Below are positions 62,401 through 64,000 of a stretch of 64,000 bases of DNA, piece by piece (positions within the stretch are counted from its first letter, which is position 1; the number at the start of each line of letters is the position of its first letter). The notes beneath the pieces are model-generated. The model had not been told where the DNA came from, did not search any database, and saw only the letters and a program-made list of their open reading frames with translations. The stretch comes from Nemertoderma westbladi (Eukaryota > Animalia > Xenacoelomorpha). The position numbers and the translations under genes were made by a program. The DNA lies in the NCBI GenBank assembly GCA_032718475.1, contig JAUCBJ010006703.1, positions 1-64,000 on the forward strand. The letters are read 5' to 3'.

Positions 62401-64000
62401 GGTATGGTGGGATCTGTGGACGATGTGGGAGACGGAGTGGGAGGTATGGTGGGATCTGTGGACGATGTGGGAGACGGAGTGGGAGGTATGGTGGGATCTG
62501 TGGACGATGTGGGAGACGGAGTGGGAGGTATGGTGGGATCTGTGGACGATGTGGGAGACGGAGTGGGAGGTATGGGGGGATCTGTGGACGATGTGGGAGA
62601 CGGAGTGGGAGGTATGGTGGGATCTGTGGACGATGTGGGAGACGGAGTGGGAGGTATGGTGGGATCTGTGGACGATGTGGGAGACGGAGTGGGAGGTATG
62701 GTGGGATCTGTGGACGATGTGGGAGACGGAGTGGGAGGTATGGTGGGATCTGTGGACGATGTGGGAGACGAAGTGGGAGGTATGGTGGGATCTGTGGACG
62801 ATGTGGGAGACGGAGTGGGAGGTATGGTGGGATCTGTGGGAGACGGAGTGGGAGGTATGGGGGGATCTGTGGGAGACGGAGTGGGAGGTATGGTGGGATC
62901 TGTGGACGATGTGGGAGACGAAGTGGGAGGTATGGTGGGATCTGTGGACGATGTGGGAGACGGAGTGGGAGGTATGGTGGGATCTGTGGACGATGTGGGA
63001 GACGAAGTGGGAGGTATGGTGGGATCTGTGGACGATGTGGGAGACGGAGTGGGAGGTATGGGGGGATCTGTGGACGATGTGGGAGACGGAGTGGGAGGTA
63101 TGGTGGGATCTGTGGACGATGTGGGAGACGGAGTGGGAGGTATGGTGGGATCTGTGGACGATGTGGGAGACGAAGTGGGAGGTATGGGGGGATCTGTGGA
63201 CGATGTGGGAGACGGAGTGGGAGGTATGGTGGGATCTGTGGACGATGTGGGAGACGGAGTGGGAGGTATGGTGGGATCTGTGGACGATGTGGGAGACGGA
63301 GTGGGAGGTATGGTGGGATCTGTGGACGATGTGGGAGACGGAGTGGGAGGTATGGTGGGATCTGTGGACGATGTGGGAGACGAAGTGGGAGGTATGGGGG
63401 GATCTGTGGACGATGTGGGAGACGAAGTGGGAGGTATGGTGGGATCTGTGGACGATGTGGGAGACGGAGTGGGAGGTATGGTGGGATCTGTGGACGATGT
63501 GGGAGACGGAGTGGGAGGTATGGGGGGATCTGTGGACGATGTGGGAGACGAAGTGGGAGGTATGGTGGGATCTGTGGACGATGTGGGAGACGGAGTGGGA
63601 GGTATGGTGGGATCTGTGGACGATGTGGGAGACGGAGTGGGAGGTATGGTGGGATCTGTGGACGATGTGGGAGACGGAGTGGGAGGTATGGTGGGATCTG
63701 TGGACGATGTGGGAGACGGAGTGGGAGGTATGGTGGGATCTGTGGACGATGTGGGAGACGGAGTGGGAGGTATGGTGGGATCTGTGGACGATGTGGGAGA
63801 CGGAGTGGGAGGTATGGTGGGATCTGTGGACGATGTGGGAGACGAAGTGGGAGGTATGGTGGGATCTGTGGACGATGTGGGAGACGGAGTGGGAGGTATG
63901 GTGGGATCTGTGGACGATGTGGGAGACGAAGTGGGAGGTATGGTGGGATCTGTGGACGATGTGGGAGACGGAGTGGGAGGTATGGTGGGATCTGTGGACG
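35472..64000. repeat. G-rich satellite array E: 42-bp unit GGGAGACGGAGTGGGAGGTATGGTGGGATCTGTGGACGATGT (33-bp deletion variant; a divergent subfamily with AAGTACAGGAG and GAGGGT); runs off the right edge
   Basis: Directly visible over more than 28 kb, with strong G/C strand skew. The divergent subfamily occupies 35.5-39.0 kb and recurs at ~51.5-52.5, ~53.7-54.75 and ~55.95-56.94 kb. Confidence 0.98.

Overview
Eukaryotic, most likely invertebrate animal, genomic DNA; the species cannot be determined from the sequence. About 47 kb of the 64 kb is tandem repeat in five unrelated arrays: 33/30 bp at 1-12.2 kb, 32/21 bp inside a CAP intron, 22 bp at 26.6-27.3 kb, 33/31 bp inside a TIR element at 32.2-34.6 kb, and a G-rich 42/33 bp array from 35.5 kb to the window end. 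Two intact spliced housekeeping genes sit head-to-head: phosphoglucomutase (minus strand, 2 exons, 559 aa) and adenylyl cyclase-associated protein CAP (plus strand, 7 coding exons, 457 aa). Decayed RTE-type LINE fragments, a probable tRNA-derived SINE remnant and long poly-G/C tracts fill the rest. Most notable: (1) CAP intron 5 is mostly a 4-kb amplification of its own exon end plus 5' splice site, with a 149-bp higher-order repeat, and intron 3 shows a small version of the same thing; (2) a non-autonomous element with long TIRs and a 9-bp TSD whose internal satellite derives from a motif in its own TIR; (3) a 20-bp perfect palindrome present twice between 8-bp direct repeats; (4) a >28-kb G-rich array whose minus strand reads as a mucin-like Pro/Thr/Ser repeat. 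Most of the very long ORFs in the track are by-products of stop-free repeat units.
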